64,000 bases of DNA, taken from NCBI GenBank assembly GCA_951406725.2, contig OX597816.1, positions 131,254,001-131,318,000 on the forward strand. The letters run 5' to 3'. Under the pieces are notes generated by a model, which was not told the DNA's origin, made no database searches, and worked only from the letters and a program-made list of their open reading frames with translations. The translations under genes were made by a program, and so were the position numbers. Origin of the DNA: Octopus vulgaris (Eukaryota). Numbering within the stretch: the stretch's first letter is position 1; each line of letters begins with the position of its first letter. Below, piece by piece: positions 39,013 to 53,370 of the stretch.

Positions 39013-40603
39013 TATATATTGAATATAAAATATTCTAATAGTTTCCCCAGTTTCAAGGGTAAGGTTTTGCTTGCTTTATGAAAACAATATTTCAATATTC
39101 TAGAAATAGTTTAAATTTCTGTAACTGTTTTCTTCTGTCAGGGTGACCTTCAAACAATGAAATGAAACTTTAAGTTGCCACAAAACCAAGTAGAATTACA
39201 AAAACTAAATATAAGAAAGCTACACTTACATCTCTTCTAATAAATCCTTCCCACGAAAAGAAATTTCTTTAAAGTTTTCTACAGGATATGCAGATTATAT
39301 AATTAGTTTATTAACCTACTTCTTTTATAAAACAAAACAGTGTGTGTGTGTGTGTGGGGGGGAGTTAATTGATTTTGTATGCACACAAACATTAGCAGCA
39401 TGTTCTGATGACAAAAATGCAAGGATAAGTAAACTATGAACTAATATATAAGTTTTGTCTGTTGCTACAAGAATAAGCAAGATATTTCATATTTGAGTGA
39501 AACCAAAGACAGGGTATCAAATATATATAAAGTGTACACAGAATAGGAAAAATCAAACAAAACTGTTAAACTTTATTGCAATAAAATATTGATGTCTATA
39601 TGTAGTGACTGACAATATTTTCAATATTTCATTTTTCACATAAATATTTCTCATGAGACACAGTATGTACATGCATAGAATAGCTATGAAAAGGGCCATT
39701 CTCAAAACATAGCTATATTTGTTTTCAAGCAGATGATGAAAGTGAGTAATATAGTTTTCTATGCAAACCAGATAAGTTCTTGCACATTTTATTGGTGATC
39801 TTTCCATCACTACTTTAGCAGATACAGTGAAACTTATGCTTTGCAGATGAGGTCATAATAAGATTACCTCATGCTCAGAGTTGTCTCTAGCACTTACCAA
39901 AATAATGGTTTCAAATTTTTGTACAAGGCCAGCAATATTTTAGGGGAAGAAGTAAATCCGTTAGATCAACCCCTGTGTTCAATTGACAATTATATTTTAA
40001 GGACAAAAGTTAAAGTCAACTTGTTCAGAATTCAAATAAGACTTGCAATTATATTTCAATAATTGTATAAGAAAAGATGGTTATTATGAAAATAAAATTG
40101 TCAAAATAAATATAATGAAAGAGTTGAAATATTAATAGTTTGTTTTAATTTAATTTTATAAGGTTCTTTTCATATGTTATAGCCTAACTCTAAATATACA
40201 TGACTTACTGCTTAGGTGAGTGTGCAATATTGGAATATAAAAGCTTATCATGGAATAAATATGGAGTCTTAATTCATATGGTAATGTGTCCTGCAGTTAA
40301 ATCAAACACATCATAAATCACACAGACACACACAAATAGTCAATATAAAAGCTGGTTAGTTGGTTTATTTCTCCAGTTATGCTTTGTTTTGTCTGTATAG
40401 AGAGAATGGAAATGTAAGAGTTAACAGAAGAGATGTTGGATGAGTGCACATTATTAAAAGGATGTGTTATAATACTATTTCACATATGCGAAAACAGCCA
40501 TACAAACAATCCAACATACTGCCATCATGTTTTTTTTTGTTTTTGTTTGTACTTAGGACACAACCTCTACTAGACACACTAATGTATTCATCCACACCTT
40601 TAA

Positions 40604-40824
40604 CCCTTTAGTGTTCGCATTATTCTGCCAAAATTAATCCTTTTTCATCCACATTGCCTTGAACTAATCATGCATTATCTTGTAGCAATGAGATTTTGAT
40701 GAGGTAGCTGTTAATTTTTAAAACGATATTGTAGGGTTGGTGTGAGAGACCAGATCTGGCCAGTTTGAACATAAAACAGGCAGAAGACTTTTGGCCGGAT
40801 ATGGCCGGTTTAAATGCTAAAGGG
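40604..40824. mobile_element. piggyBac-like MITE (copies at ~6645-6863 and ~48968-49173)
   Basis: TTAA|CCCTTTAG...CTAAAGGG|TTAA; the empty TTAA site is present in a paralogous segment at 38371-38374. Confidence 0.88.
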
Positions 40825-42156
40825 TTAAGAAAATTAATATGAATAGTTGAATCTAATAAATAAAGCAATCCATATGCCAAAAAAAAAACCTGGATTTCAG
40901 TGGATGTCAAGAAAAAAAATCATCTCTGACAAGATCAAAAGAGTGAATTAGTTCCCATATTTTTCTTCCTTATTTCTAATAAGCATTATATCATTTGTTT
41001 AGACAGAACAAAAATATAGCTAATGGAAGAAAGTAATAATTGCTTTAGTTCTAGTTGAGCATTCAAAATCTTGTTGCAAGGTGCAACAAGACTTTTAAAA
41101 AAATAAAAACGAAATAAGTGGAAATTTTACCGGTAAATATGTTAAATTATAAGGTACCAAAAGAGAATGACGCTTCCCAGACACAACAGAATATGTTTCA
41201 ACACACGAACTCACATAAAGAATCTTGCAAACCAAATCCCAAAATGAAATAAAATGTTACAAACTGAGACTGAATTAATAGGCATAATAATGAATATTAC
41301 AACATGCAACAGTTGATGCTAACATTGACACATTGCATCACACACACACATATATGATCATCATCATCGTTTTAACAGCCATTTTTCCACACTTACATGG
41401 GTCAGACAGAATTTATTGAAGCAGATTTTCTACAAACTGATATCCTTCTAAATCCAAGTAAGGTAATAGTTCCCTCATAGCTAGACATTTCTACTAAATC
41501 CATTCATAAGGCTTTGGTAGGCCCAGAGTTATAGTAGTAGAAATTTGCTCAAGGTGCCACCTGGTAGGACTGAATCTGAAAATAAGTGGCTGGGAAGTAA
41601 ATTTCTTCACACACACACATTGAATAGTTATTTCACAGCGCAGAGCATAAATTAATTTTTAATCTCAGCAATCACTGCTCCTGCTTTCTAATAACTCAAA
41701 TGTGTCCACTTTATACTTATGTGAAGTAATTTGCGTAATTTTGTTTATTTAGGCATGTTTTCAGATTCGCTTGTTATGCAACAGATAAACAACCTTTGCT
41801 AATAACACTTAAATGTTTAGCTACAAACAACTAAACAAGCAGTTATTTGTTTTATAAAATAACTCAGTTTACTGAAGTTCATACCATGAGCCTGGTCATT
41901 AACTGCTCATGGAAAATTTCTTATAAGGTTTTTGACATCTATGCTTTTTAACTTTTACACTCATTTGAATACAATTTAAGAAACAACTTTTAAGTGAGGA
42001 CATAAAGATCACTTTATAATCACATACTTTCAAGGTTTATCTTACTGTGTGGAACCTTGGACACGTGCCTTCTGCTGTAGCCTTAGGCCGACCAATATTT
42101 TGTAAATGTAATTGGTAGATAGAAACTGTATGGAAGCCTTACACACACGCACACAG

Positions 42157-42373
42157 ATGAGTGAGTGCTAAAAAGTTCCTGGCTTTAAGGGTATAGCAAA
42201 AGGCCACATTGGAAGCCCCACCTTCCAAGTTCTTTTAGGGCTTACGAAAACTGAAGGACCACTGCAAAAAGTGTGTGAATCTTAGAGGGGAATATGTTGG
42301 ATAAAATCATAATTAACTGATCCTCCTGGACTTTCTTTTACCCAAAGCCAGGAATTTTTCAGCACTCCTCTCG
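42157..42373 (+). mobile_element. Mariner-derived MITE retaining the transposase C-terminus
   Basis: TIRs gagtgctaaaaagttcctggcttt / aaagccaggaatttttcagcactc; internal GLRKLKDHCKKCVNLRGEYVG* (cf. RWxKCxxxxGxYxE*). Confidence 0.8.
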
Positions 42374-42379
42374 TATATA

Positions 42380-42566
42380 ATTTGTGGGTTAACAAGGAAA
42401 CCAATGATTTCATGTGAAAAGATCTTCACAAATGTTTAAGTGGGACACATGGAAGTATAGGTACTCATCTCTGGACAACGAGTACCAATACTTCCATGTG
42501 GCATGTTTGAACAATTGTGAAGATCTATTTACATGAAACCATTGGTTGCCTTGTTAACCTACAAAT
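42380..42566. repeat. Long fold-back palindrome (MITE-like), ~88-bp arms
   Basis: atttgtgggttaacaaggaaaccaatg... pairs with ...cattggttgccttgttaacctacaaat along almost the full length. Confidence 0.85.
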
Positions 42567-42658
42567 AAAGAATATTCATTCACCAATACAGTGTTGAACA
42601 CTCATTCTCACTGCTCACCGTTCAATATTAGTATATGTGTGTATATGTATGTATATAC

Positions 42659-42743
<85 letters not shown>

Positions 42744-43106
42744 TATAGCGAGAGAGAGAGAGAGCACATAACCCAGTGGTCAGTGTGTTGCACTTACAAT
42801 CACAAGACTATGGGCTCAATTCCTGGGCTGGGTAGTGCTTTGTGTTCTTGAGCAAAACGCTTCATCTCAAGTTGCTCTGCAATCACGTTGACATTTTATG
42901 TATGACAATATTGAACATCTGCACAGACAATGTCAATTTGATGGAGGGAGTGATGTAACATGTAGCACAAACATTTGATCACATCAGCACATGCTGCTCA
43001 GCAAGAAACTGCAGAACTGTCTTTCTCAGATTCAAGAAACTGCCATAAAATATGTATGTATGCATGTATGTGTGCGTGTGTGTGTGTGTGTGTGTGTATA
43101 CACACG

Positions 43107-43140
<34 letters not shown>

Positions 43141-43904
43141 TCTATAATTATATACATAATTATAATTAGGGGTCAGCTGAATGCTTTGCCACATACCAAA
43201 ATTGTTTTTACAATTTTTCCTTGCTATATATATATATATATATATACACATATATAGTTTACAGACGAGATCCAGAGATTCTCCAAATAGAAGACACTTG
43301 TAGTGCTCAAAAGATCCAAACTTAGATTACAATGTCATTACAGTAAAGAGGGATAAAGTTGAGCAGGTATAGAGGCAATTATGCAGATAAACAAATTAGA
43401 TACATTATATATATTAAATTGCCTATATATAGATACACACACACACACACACACACATATTTATACATTAAGTTACAGGTAGGTAAGCAAACCAACACCA
43501 GTTGTCAAGCATAAACACTGGTGCGCGCACACATACACACACACACAATGAACTTCCATACAGTTTCCATTTACCAAATTCACTCACAAGGCACTGGTCA
43601 TCCTGGGCTATAGTAGAAGACACTCAACCATGGTGCCATGCAGTGGGACTGAACCCAAAATCGCGTGGTTGCAAAGCAAACTTCTTAATCACACAACCAT
43701 AAAAAATAGTTACTTCCTCTGTAAAACAAAATAAAACAAAGTAATCAATATGTTCTGTGCATATAAGATGATAACATGATCACAAACATGAGCAAGTAAA
43801 TGTGTAAGACTGAAGAGGTGGGGACCGAAATGTAGTTTATTGCACATGTAATGCAGAAAAGGTTGACTAGAAGAAAGTTAAGATAAGTAATTTGATCTCA
43901 ACAC

Positions 43905-44133
43905 AAACTCTTTTGTTACCAACATATCTGAGACCACCCTTATTTCTCTGACACAAACTTCCTGTTAAAAGTGATCTAAATTTAAAACTGTCCATCAAAC
44001 TTTCATGTTAATCTATGTTCAAAATATCAGCTTAATAAGGACAAAGTTAATTTATGAAATTCTTCTTCATTTTCAAAATTAACTGAGACAAAGACTGTGT
44101 ATAGCTGCAGAAATATGGTAACAAAAGGGTCAA
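43905..44133. mobile_element. Second piggyBac-like MITE family (split copy at ~5580-5713 plus 6517-6625)
   Basis: Terminal ctcttttgttacc / ggtaacaaaaggg inverted repeats; internal sequence shared with the split copy. Confidence 0.65.
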
Positions 44134-44179
44134 CCTACATTTGCAGCAGTGAACTAAGATAACTGGATATGTCATCTTT

Positions 44180-44560
44180 TATCTTTCACTTGTTTCAGTC
44201 ATTTGGCTGCGGCCATGCTGGGGCACTGCCTTGAAGGGTTTTAGTCAAACAAATCAACCCCAGGACTTATTTTTTTTAAGCCTAGTACTTATCCTATCAG
44301 TCTCTTTTGCCAAACCAGTAAATTATGGGGACATAAATACACCAACACCAGTTAAGCTTTGGGGAAGTGGGGACAAACACAGGCATGAAGACCTGCATAC
44401 GACAGGCTTCTTTCAGTTTCCATCTACCAAATCCACCCACAAGGCTTTGGTCAGCCCAAGGCTACAGAAGACACTTGCCCAAGGTGCCATGCAATGCGAC
44501 TGAACCCAAAACCATGTGGTTGGAAGCAAGCTTCTTACCACACAGCCAGGCCTGCACCTA
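44180..44560 (-). mobile_element. tRNA-derived SINE
   Basis: Reverse complement of the 3412-3848 family. Confidence 0.85.
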
Positions 44561-47500
44561 ATATGAATGAATAGGACATGTTGAATAAAAAATGATTGTG
44601 AATTGATAGTAAAAGGTACTTTTCACACATTGATCTCAATAGAAAGAAGTTTTTAGATCAAACCTAAAAATACTGAATGTCATAGATAACATATGATTGA
44701 GATTAAAGGAAAGTCACTATATTGCAGAGCTGAAGAATCCAAGTCAGTATCAGAAAACAGAAATTAAGGCATTTATGACGATCATGATAATTTCCAGAAA
44801 GGTATACTCACAATCTCTCAGACAATAGAATATATGTATAGTTAGTAAGCCTTGTAAATTCAGACAATTGCATGATCTGATTAGATTAGTCTTGATAGTG
44901 TTTATCATTCAAACAAGCTTTATTATTTCACTAATTTAATTTAGCCATCAAAATTACATTCTACATTCAATAAAGCATGCTTATATCATAACTCTAGCTT
45001 TTTTCTGGTCTTCTATTTTCGCTGCCCATATACCACTGGGAATTTTGATTCACTCAGAAGAATGCTTACTATCTAGCCTTTCAATATAATTGCTATTGGA
45101 TCAACAGCTTATACTGACCATCATTAGCAGCAGCATCTTACCCCTCCCCCACCACCACCACCATCATCATCATCATCCCCCCACCATTTTCTATAATCAA
45201 TACAAGCTACAACTACTCTTCTACTGTCAGGCCAGCCTGCTATCATAGAGTCAATAAAACCCATGCTCTAGAAATTATGCTTCCACTCATACCTCCAATT
45301 CCTTTATAGTTGCCAAGTAGAGTTCACTAATTTTCTTTGTTTAAAAAACATGTTTCTTCAATGTTAGATATTAATAGTTATAGATTTATCTCATCTTTTG
45401 CAGTATTGCTTAATATAAAAAAAAGAAAGAAAATCTTTATATCTTTGCCAGATCCCAATCTCAAATGGAATAACTATTTGGATGCAAGTACTAGCTAATT
45501 AGGATTTTTTTAAAGTCAAACTGATACTTTTACTCTGAACAGTTCAAAATCTCACATCTCGTCCCAAACTTTGCAGCAAACATTATATACAAATCTACAT
45601 TAAAAAAAAACAAAAAAAACTTCCTATATTCTCCTGCCTTACACTAATCACCAATTTTTCAAATATCTCATAAACAGCATGTTTAAGTCTATGATTCATT
45701 TTCACTGTTTGTTTGATTCAAGACATCTTTCTCCTCAATGGTCTATAGACAATGTCCTTTCTTGAAAGACAGTGATAAAATATAACAGTAATGACAGATT
45801 TTAGCAATAGGCAGAAATATCAGAAAAGATAAAGTACTAGCAACTTTTTAAATTCTGGATTAGGCAGAAAGAGAAAGGCAGCATCAATGGTGTTTTTTCA
45901 GGGCCTCCAAGACTAACAGGGAGAAAGTGAAGAAGCACAATGTATCAGTTATCCTCAGACTAAAGACCTAGCCTGAATTCTTGAAAAGAGCAGACGAAAC
46001 ATTGCTGAGTATTTCGCCCAGCATGCTAACAATTCTGCCAGCTCGCTGCCTTGGGGCTTTGCAAGTCTACCAGATAGATGGAAGAGCATTGTAGAAAATG
46101 AAGGAGAGTATATTTTAGAGTAAAAAAGAACTTTGTTTATCTTCATTTTGAAAAATAACAGAATTATATAAAAAGCTGAACTATTAATGGGATGACCCAA
46201 TATTTGCAATGGATGCATGGATGTAATTTCAGTCCTGCTAAACATCCAGAGGGTGGTGTCATGTTGAGCATGGAAACAAATATATAGTTTCCATTCCTTC
46301 AGTTTCACTTATAAGGTTTGGGTTGACCCAAAATTATAAAAGATACTTGCCCAAGGTGCTGTGAAGCAGGATTGGATTTCATGTGATTGTGAAGTAAGCT
46401 GCTCAACAAATATTTACATGCCTGCACCCACAAGTTACACCTACTTTTGTTTCCTCTTTATATATATATAGGTTGATTGCCAGCAAGAACTGCACACTAG
46501 CCAAAACAAATAGCAATAAAATTCAAAATGTGAGTTTGATTGTTTTGTACTACAATTATGCCAACCTAACTGCAGATTCCTGTAGAATATATGTAGTTTA
46601 AAAAAAATTTTAAGTGCAATTTGAAATTTGAAAATAATTTTCCCAATTTCTTTAAGCTAATAACAAGATCCCTTTGCAGGAAGATCATAAATCATTTTAG
46701 TCTAAGTGGAATGAGAAGGATTTCAGTCAGAATGTACCATCAAGAAAGAATACTGTATCTAATAAAAGTGAAACAACTTTCATCAAAGCTGCATGCTGGA
46801 AATGTATCAGAAAAAGAACTAATACCTGGATGCTGACAGATGTTGACAATCTATGGAAAGTTACAAATATGTATATTTAAGATGTCTAAGAAAATCAGAC
46901 TGACATACCAAACTGGCTTGGGCACAAACAGATCTTGTAATCAAGAATTAAAACACTAAGCAAAAAGCTATAGGTCTTCAGATTGCTTAAACATTATGTA
47001 TAAAATTTACACGAGTTGTTTCAACGAAACCATTTTGAATCCAACAAGGTAGTGAGTGATGAGCAAACAGAAAAAAAGAGACTATAAAGTTGTACTGCAT
47101 ATCTTTTGATAATGAAGTGGTACTCTCTGACATAAGATGTTATAAATTTCCACAGGAGTATCCAAGGAGACATTCTGTCTGTGCTTCTGTTAGCAGTAAA
47201 TCCAGTCAGTTTTTTTTTTTAAAAAGTGCAGTAGTTTTTACTAGCCAATATTTGCATTCAAATAGTCATTCCATTCACAAAAATATAAGGAGATAATGTA
47301 ACCCGTAATTTCTTTGTGGATAATTTGCAAGATTATACTAGAAGCATTTACAATGCTGAGAAATAGCAGGATTTAGTAAAAGCATTTTCAGCTAATCCAG
47401 GAATAGAATTTAGCTAAAAAAATTATTCATATTTCATAGCTGAACACAGAAAATCCATTTTCCAAACACCCAAGATCACAATGCATAACACCACATTCAG

Positions 47501-48009
47501 TAAGTTTATCTGAAGTTATTACATGCATGGAAGTTGTGACAGGAAATTGGTTTTTCAGTAACTTAGCAATGTTTATTACCTTTATTTGTGTTTGATCACT
47601 GTTAAAAATACCATATCAAGCTCATATCTCTGTATAATGTTATGTTATAATGAGCCTGTTTAGCACTGTATTTTTGAGAGCGTATCAAGAATGCTAACTG
47701 AAATATTATTGTCAGTGTATGTATGCATCAACATCATCATCATTGACATATTCATATAAAATTTTCCATGCTTGTATGGGTCGGATGAGATTGCATTTCG
47801 ACAGTGTTTCTACAGCCAGATGTCCTTTGATGATAACCATCACTGTTTCAAAGCAAATTAATAATCCCCTAGTCTACTGAACAATGAATAGCCTAGGCAA
47901 CTAGAAATAAGCATTCTTTGAATAAATGTTTTGTTTAAAAAAATTGCACTGTATGTCAAGGTATGTAAACACACACAGACTTCAAAACATCTAAGGCAAC
48001 CTGTACTTG

Positions 48010-48800
48010 GAATACATTACAAATGAGTGGGTTCAAAAAAACGTCCAGTGTCACACTGGCCTTTGTGAAGATTTTCAATCAATGATGAAGAAGCTGAGAT
48101 ACTATGGCCATAAAACATGATCGAGTGACTTTACAAAAACATTCTTCAAAGAGCTGTGGAAAAGGCGTGGCAAACAAATGGAAAAATTGACAATGTCAAG
48201 AAATGAACAAGCAAATCATTAGTAAAGTTCCAAGCTCTAACACATGGCTTTGACAGATGGAGAAAACTAGCATAGAGTATGTCATGACACCATCCTCCAT
48301 GAATTCACAGTAAGTTGAGAGCTCAAGACAAGAGAATTGCTTCAGAAACCTGAAATCATCAAGGGGGATGAGGTGACCAATCCACGACATATGATATTTG
48401 ATGATGTGAGCCTCCACACTGAGACAGACTGTTTTTTTTTTTTCCAGTACTTCTGTGTTAGGTGTAAAAAATTTCCAGCTGATGTTTAATATACACTTTG
48501 GACATTTCTGGTGTAATCTTTTGAGTATTTTGATGTGCAGTGAATACAGAGTTCAAGTCTTAAATGAGTACTGCAGAAAAGTGACAATGCAAATATCATA
48601 AACTTATTAGAAAGTTTCAAGTCCCTATCTAACCAAACTTATTTCTTCAATGTCCCAAATGCAAGTGAAGCTTTCTCAATTCTCAAGTTGATCTTGGAAA
48701 GCAATGGAAGCATTCCTAGAGACTGAGATACCAAGATACATAAAAGAATTCTCTACTTAAGTCTTTAACATTTTTAACGGCCAACAGCAGCACACCTGTA
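48010..48800 (-). pseudogene. Old RTE (BovB-like) LINE ORF remnant
   Basis: SWIGHLIPLDDFRFLKQ..LELS (cf. RWxGHxxRMxDxRxPKQxxYGEL), with upstream YLG..S..INLRIEKAS.AFG fragments. Confidence 0.6.
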
Positions 48801-50179
48801 GATGTGTCCACTTGTTTACATTTTTACATTTCTTGCTAAATTGAGCAGCTGTCAGTAGCAGGAAACTGACCGAATTGTGGAAAAGGTAATATTTTCTAGT
48901 CACTTCCCAGTAATTGGCTATATTATAAGGTACTCTGCTTGGTTATTCTTCTAATAACCAAGATTAACCCTTTAGCATTTAGATTATTCTGTCAGATGTA
49001 ATGCTTGTTTATTCACATTGTTTTGAATTAATCATGCATTATCTTTTTAAGATGTGATTGTTTATTTTTAGAATGGCATTGTAGGGCAGTTGTGAGAGGC
49101 AGGATCTGGCCTGTTTCAAAATAAAACAAAATAGAATATTTTGGCTGGATATGGTTGGTTTAAATGCTAAAGGTGAAAGAATATGATGTCAAAATATATT
49201 GCTTGCTACCAAATGTGTAGGTTTGTAAGTGCATTTCCAACTCATCAAGTTTGAATACTTTGCCAAAAGGCTTTGAAAGACTAATATAGATAACACTGGT
49301 TATTCGATTCTTTTCCTTTTAAAATACTTCAAAGAATGGATAATATTAGTCATAAGTGACATAATGTATTGGTGGTGTCCAGAAGTATTTGTGCATCATT
49401 GAGATTATAACAATAGACACTTGTACAACATAAATACTGCTAAGTATCAGCTAGTATGTTCCAGTGTCAAAAAAAGGTCAAGTTGATTGGTGGAAGCATC
49501 GACCAGATACTTTAGCCATAATACACATGCACAGACATAAATGCGTGTGTGTGCGTATAAATACATGTTGTTTTAATAGCCTCTTTTCTATCCTTGCCAA
49601 GGTCAATTAGAATTTGTTAAGGCATTTTTTTTGTATCCAGACGACCCTCCTGTTACTACTAGACAGTATCATACAGTACAACTGAGCACAGAATCAGTTC
49701 TGAAGCAAACTTTTTAACCACACAACCATGCCTAAGTACAGGCATATGTGTATGTTAGGACATTAGCTGAGAAGAACTATCTTTAGACTGAAGGAAGAGA
49801 AAACTGACAAACCAAGGGTAGTGAGCATAGGGATAACTGAGAGAAACAATGAACAAAGTGGCCAAGTTCAAAGAAGAAAAGAGCATATGTGAACAGGAGA
49901 ATTCTGGAAAAGATGAAATATTAGATGGGGAAAGGGAAGAGAGACAAAGAGGGAAGACAGAAAGGGAAAGTATGAGAGAAAGATGAGAGAGAGAGTTAGA
50001 AGTAGAGAAAGAAAAAGACAGGTGACAAAAAAGATGAGGGCAGAACAATATAAATAACAATGGTAAGCAAAAAATTCTACAATGGATTAGAATTAAAATC
50101 AAAATAGAGAGATATATACAGTGATTAAGTAAAAGGAATAGGATAAGCATACACATGTACATTTGTGTATGTGTGTAGG

Positions 50180-50223
<44 letters not shown>

Positions 50224-50978
50224 CCTACACACATGCACAAATGTACATGTTTTTGCTTATCCTATTCCTTATATATACATACATACATATCAAATAACAG
50301 TCTAACTCAGCTTATTAAATACAATTCTAATCATGTGTTGAGTGCATGTTACTTTCCTTTGTTCACTCCTATGTGTGTGTGTGTGTGTGTGCATACGCAC
50401 ACACCATATGATGGGTTTCTGTCAGTTTCCAGCCTGAGGCTATAGTAGAAGACAAAGGTGCCACACAGCAGGATCAAACCCTAAACCATGTGGTTGGGAA
50501 GCAAACTTCTTACCGCACCGCCATGCCTGTGCAAGTTAGCAATTCTTGCACATGACATCATTGATGAGCTGTTAGGAAAAGATCATCAGCAGAGTCAAGG
50601 TGAGAGAGAGAGAGAGACATACATTCTGTGAATGCCTTAATTACTTCTACAAGATGGTGAGGCCTTTGACTAGTATAGAATTAAGATTTTACCTTAGGAT
50701 GTAGATTACTAAAATCAGAAAAAGAAAGGAAAAGCTGTTGCTGGAAACTCTTTGGTTAGACAGTCTGTGCTTCTACAAAGCTTCATGGTTTGGTTTTAAT
50801 AATCTCAACTGAGATATATAATTCAATGGGAAATTTAACATGGCCTTTCACTTGACATTATCAAATGCCTTGGAGACATCCACATCTTTTGTTTAGATAT
50901 ACTGAGCTTTTCTATGATAGTTCTAAGATATATATATATACACACACACACAAACACACGGATGTGTGCATAATATAC

Positions 50979-51300
50979 CATCATCCTTTAATGTCCATTT
51001 TCCACCAGTTTCACCAGAGTTAGCAAGCTGGGAAGCTGTACAAGGTTCCAGTCTGATCAAGGCTTGGTTTCTATGGCTGTATGCCCTTCCTAATGCCAAC
51101 CGCTTTACAGTGTGTGCTGGGTGCTTTTAACATGACACCAGCCTGACCACCTTCATGTGGCATCAGCATGAGTGCATCGTACGTGGCACTGGCATGAGTG
51201 CATTCCACATGACACCAGCATAGGACTCTTGCAGGCCAATCCTCTTCATCAGGTGATGCAGCCTTGAAATTTAGGCTATGGAGAACTGACCTTCTTGAGT
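50979..51300 (-). mobile_element. RTE LINE 3' UTR fragment
   Basis: gcccttcctaatgccaacc motif and degenerate gtggcac repeats. Confidence 0.65.
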
Positions 51301-51307
51301 AATCCTG

Positions 51308-51355
<48 letters not shown>

Positions 51356-51839
51356 GCATATATGTATATATATATATGCATTATCATCATCATCATTTAA
51401 TATTCACTTCTGTATGCTTGTATGGGTCTAATGAAATTTGGTAAGGCAGATTTTCTACAGACAGATGCCCTCCCAGCCACTAATCACCACCTACTTCCCC
51501 CGTAACCAGATATGTTTTTCACAGAAGACTCGTAACAAACATCACTGATTGCTTGTTTACAACTATCATGTGATGTCACACACACACACATGCATACACA
51601 GGCTCACAGAGTGAGCGATTTTTTGACATTGTGCAGTAAGAAAAACAATATGACAAAGAATGGATGATGAACTCAACAGTTATTCCCTAGTGTGTATATA
51701 TGTGCATTTGCATAGGAGAATGGTACTATGACATGAAACCATATTGCTTTTTGCTGGTTTATCAGCTTCAAACATATAAAGGTGTCACACTCCTGTCTTA
51801 CAAAATTTAATTGTGTAAACACAATCACTGCACATGGAG

Positions 51840-52150
51840 AAAATATCACACTTTACTCACATTACCTAACATCAAGAGTACACCACTAAACTCCCAAGAC
51901 TGCCACAAATGCTAGACCTCACCAGCAATCAAGATCTTTTCTAGCAAGAAAGCATCCTCAACATAAAAAAAAGGGCATCACAAAGATTGAACATCCTCTT
52001 CAGAGACAAAAAAAACTTCACCTTCAAAAACTGCTAATTCCCTAATCAAAGTTCAAGTGTGACCAATAATAGGGTACTGTTCCTACATTTGGGGTGTTGT
52101 TGCTGCAACAGATATCTTCCAACAGCATTCAGAGTAAAACCACTTAGCAG
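51840..52150 (+). pseudogene. CR1/Jockey-group LINE RT C-terminal remnant
   Basis: aaagttcaagtgtgaccaataatagggtactgttcctacatttgg reads KVQV*PIIGYCSYIW (cf. KAQVRPxMEYCSHIW). Confidence 0.45.
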
Positions 52151-53370
52151 AGTGACATGAACAAGAATTCACCATGACAAACAGCAGTCAAATACTATTA
52201 ACATGAGCATGATCTATGTATATGCAAGTCTAGAAGTACAACTCTTTTAAACTATGAATGAAGCATGTACTCTTAACAGTTTATGATATCAGCAAATCTA
52301 GGACATATATGAATGTAGTCCTCAATATTATATAAACAACTAAGCAAACATGCTTCAAGTTTCAGATGACTGTGCTTAGTAATATTTAAGGTGAAACAAT
52401 AATGTCACAAACACAAAGATTACAAGTTTTCTGAATTTTACAAGTTTTCTGAAATAATCTAAGTTTGACACACTCATACAGTCTATCAGGATCAGAGCAG
52501 TTACCCAAAACATCCTTTTTAATATTAGAAAGGATTTTTCTCAATATCAGACCATTTCTAAAGTTAAGCTATCAAAATATATGAAATTATCAACAACATT
52601 ATCAAAGCTAGTGTCCAGAGGTTGCAAATTAAAATTTAGTTGAGAAAATGTATCAACATGAGCAATGTAGTTCCCCTTAACATATGTAATCATCCTCATT
52701 GTCCATGTTTATGCTGGCAAGGATTGGACAGTTTGACAGGAACCAATGGTCCAAAGCTGCATCATTCTCCAGTATCCGCTTTGGTATAGTTTCTACAGCT
52801 GGATGCCATTCCTAACAACAACTACATTACAATATGTACAAAGTGCTTTTCTCATGCCACCAGCACTAGAGAGATCACCATGCAGCTCACAAGACTATGA
52901 AACCTGAGGTGAAGCTAGTCATTTTGTTAGGAGATAAGGGTTAAGGTATGAAAGAAGTGGTTGAGGCAGAGCAGATTCTTGTAGAGGACCTACTTGGCTT
53001 CTCACATTTAGAAAAAAGAATGAGAACAAATTAGTAGTAGCTGCAAAGAAATAAATAATGATGATGGGAGATATAAAAATCAAATGCCGTCAGCTGCATA
53101 GCTCACTTCAGTATTCTTGAATATGTAACCTTTGGAAGTTCTTTGGGTGAATTAAACAGGAATATAAGAAATTTATTACCACACCCAAGTAGGAATTTTT
53201 TACCAAATAAAAAAAAATTATGGATGTGGTGTATGCTTCACACAATTACTAAAGCTTCCTTCACAGTGGTTAATCTCCTTAGGGCTTTGCCAACATGTAG
53301 TGAGCTACAAAATCACTATCAATAACATTTTAAAATTATATATATATATATATATATACACATACACACA

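Noticed and set aside
39230-39278. Possible minus-strand exon ending in gtaagt
   Set aside because: Weak acceptor and stops in the frames needed to join TTC14; no homology recognised.
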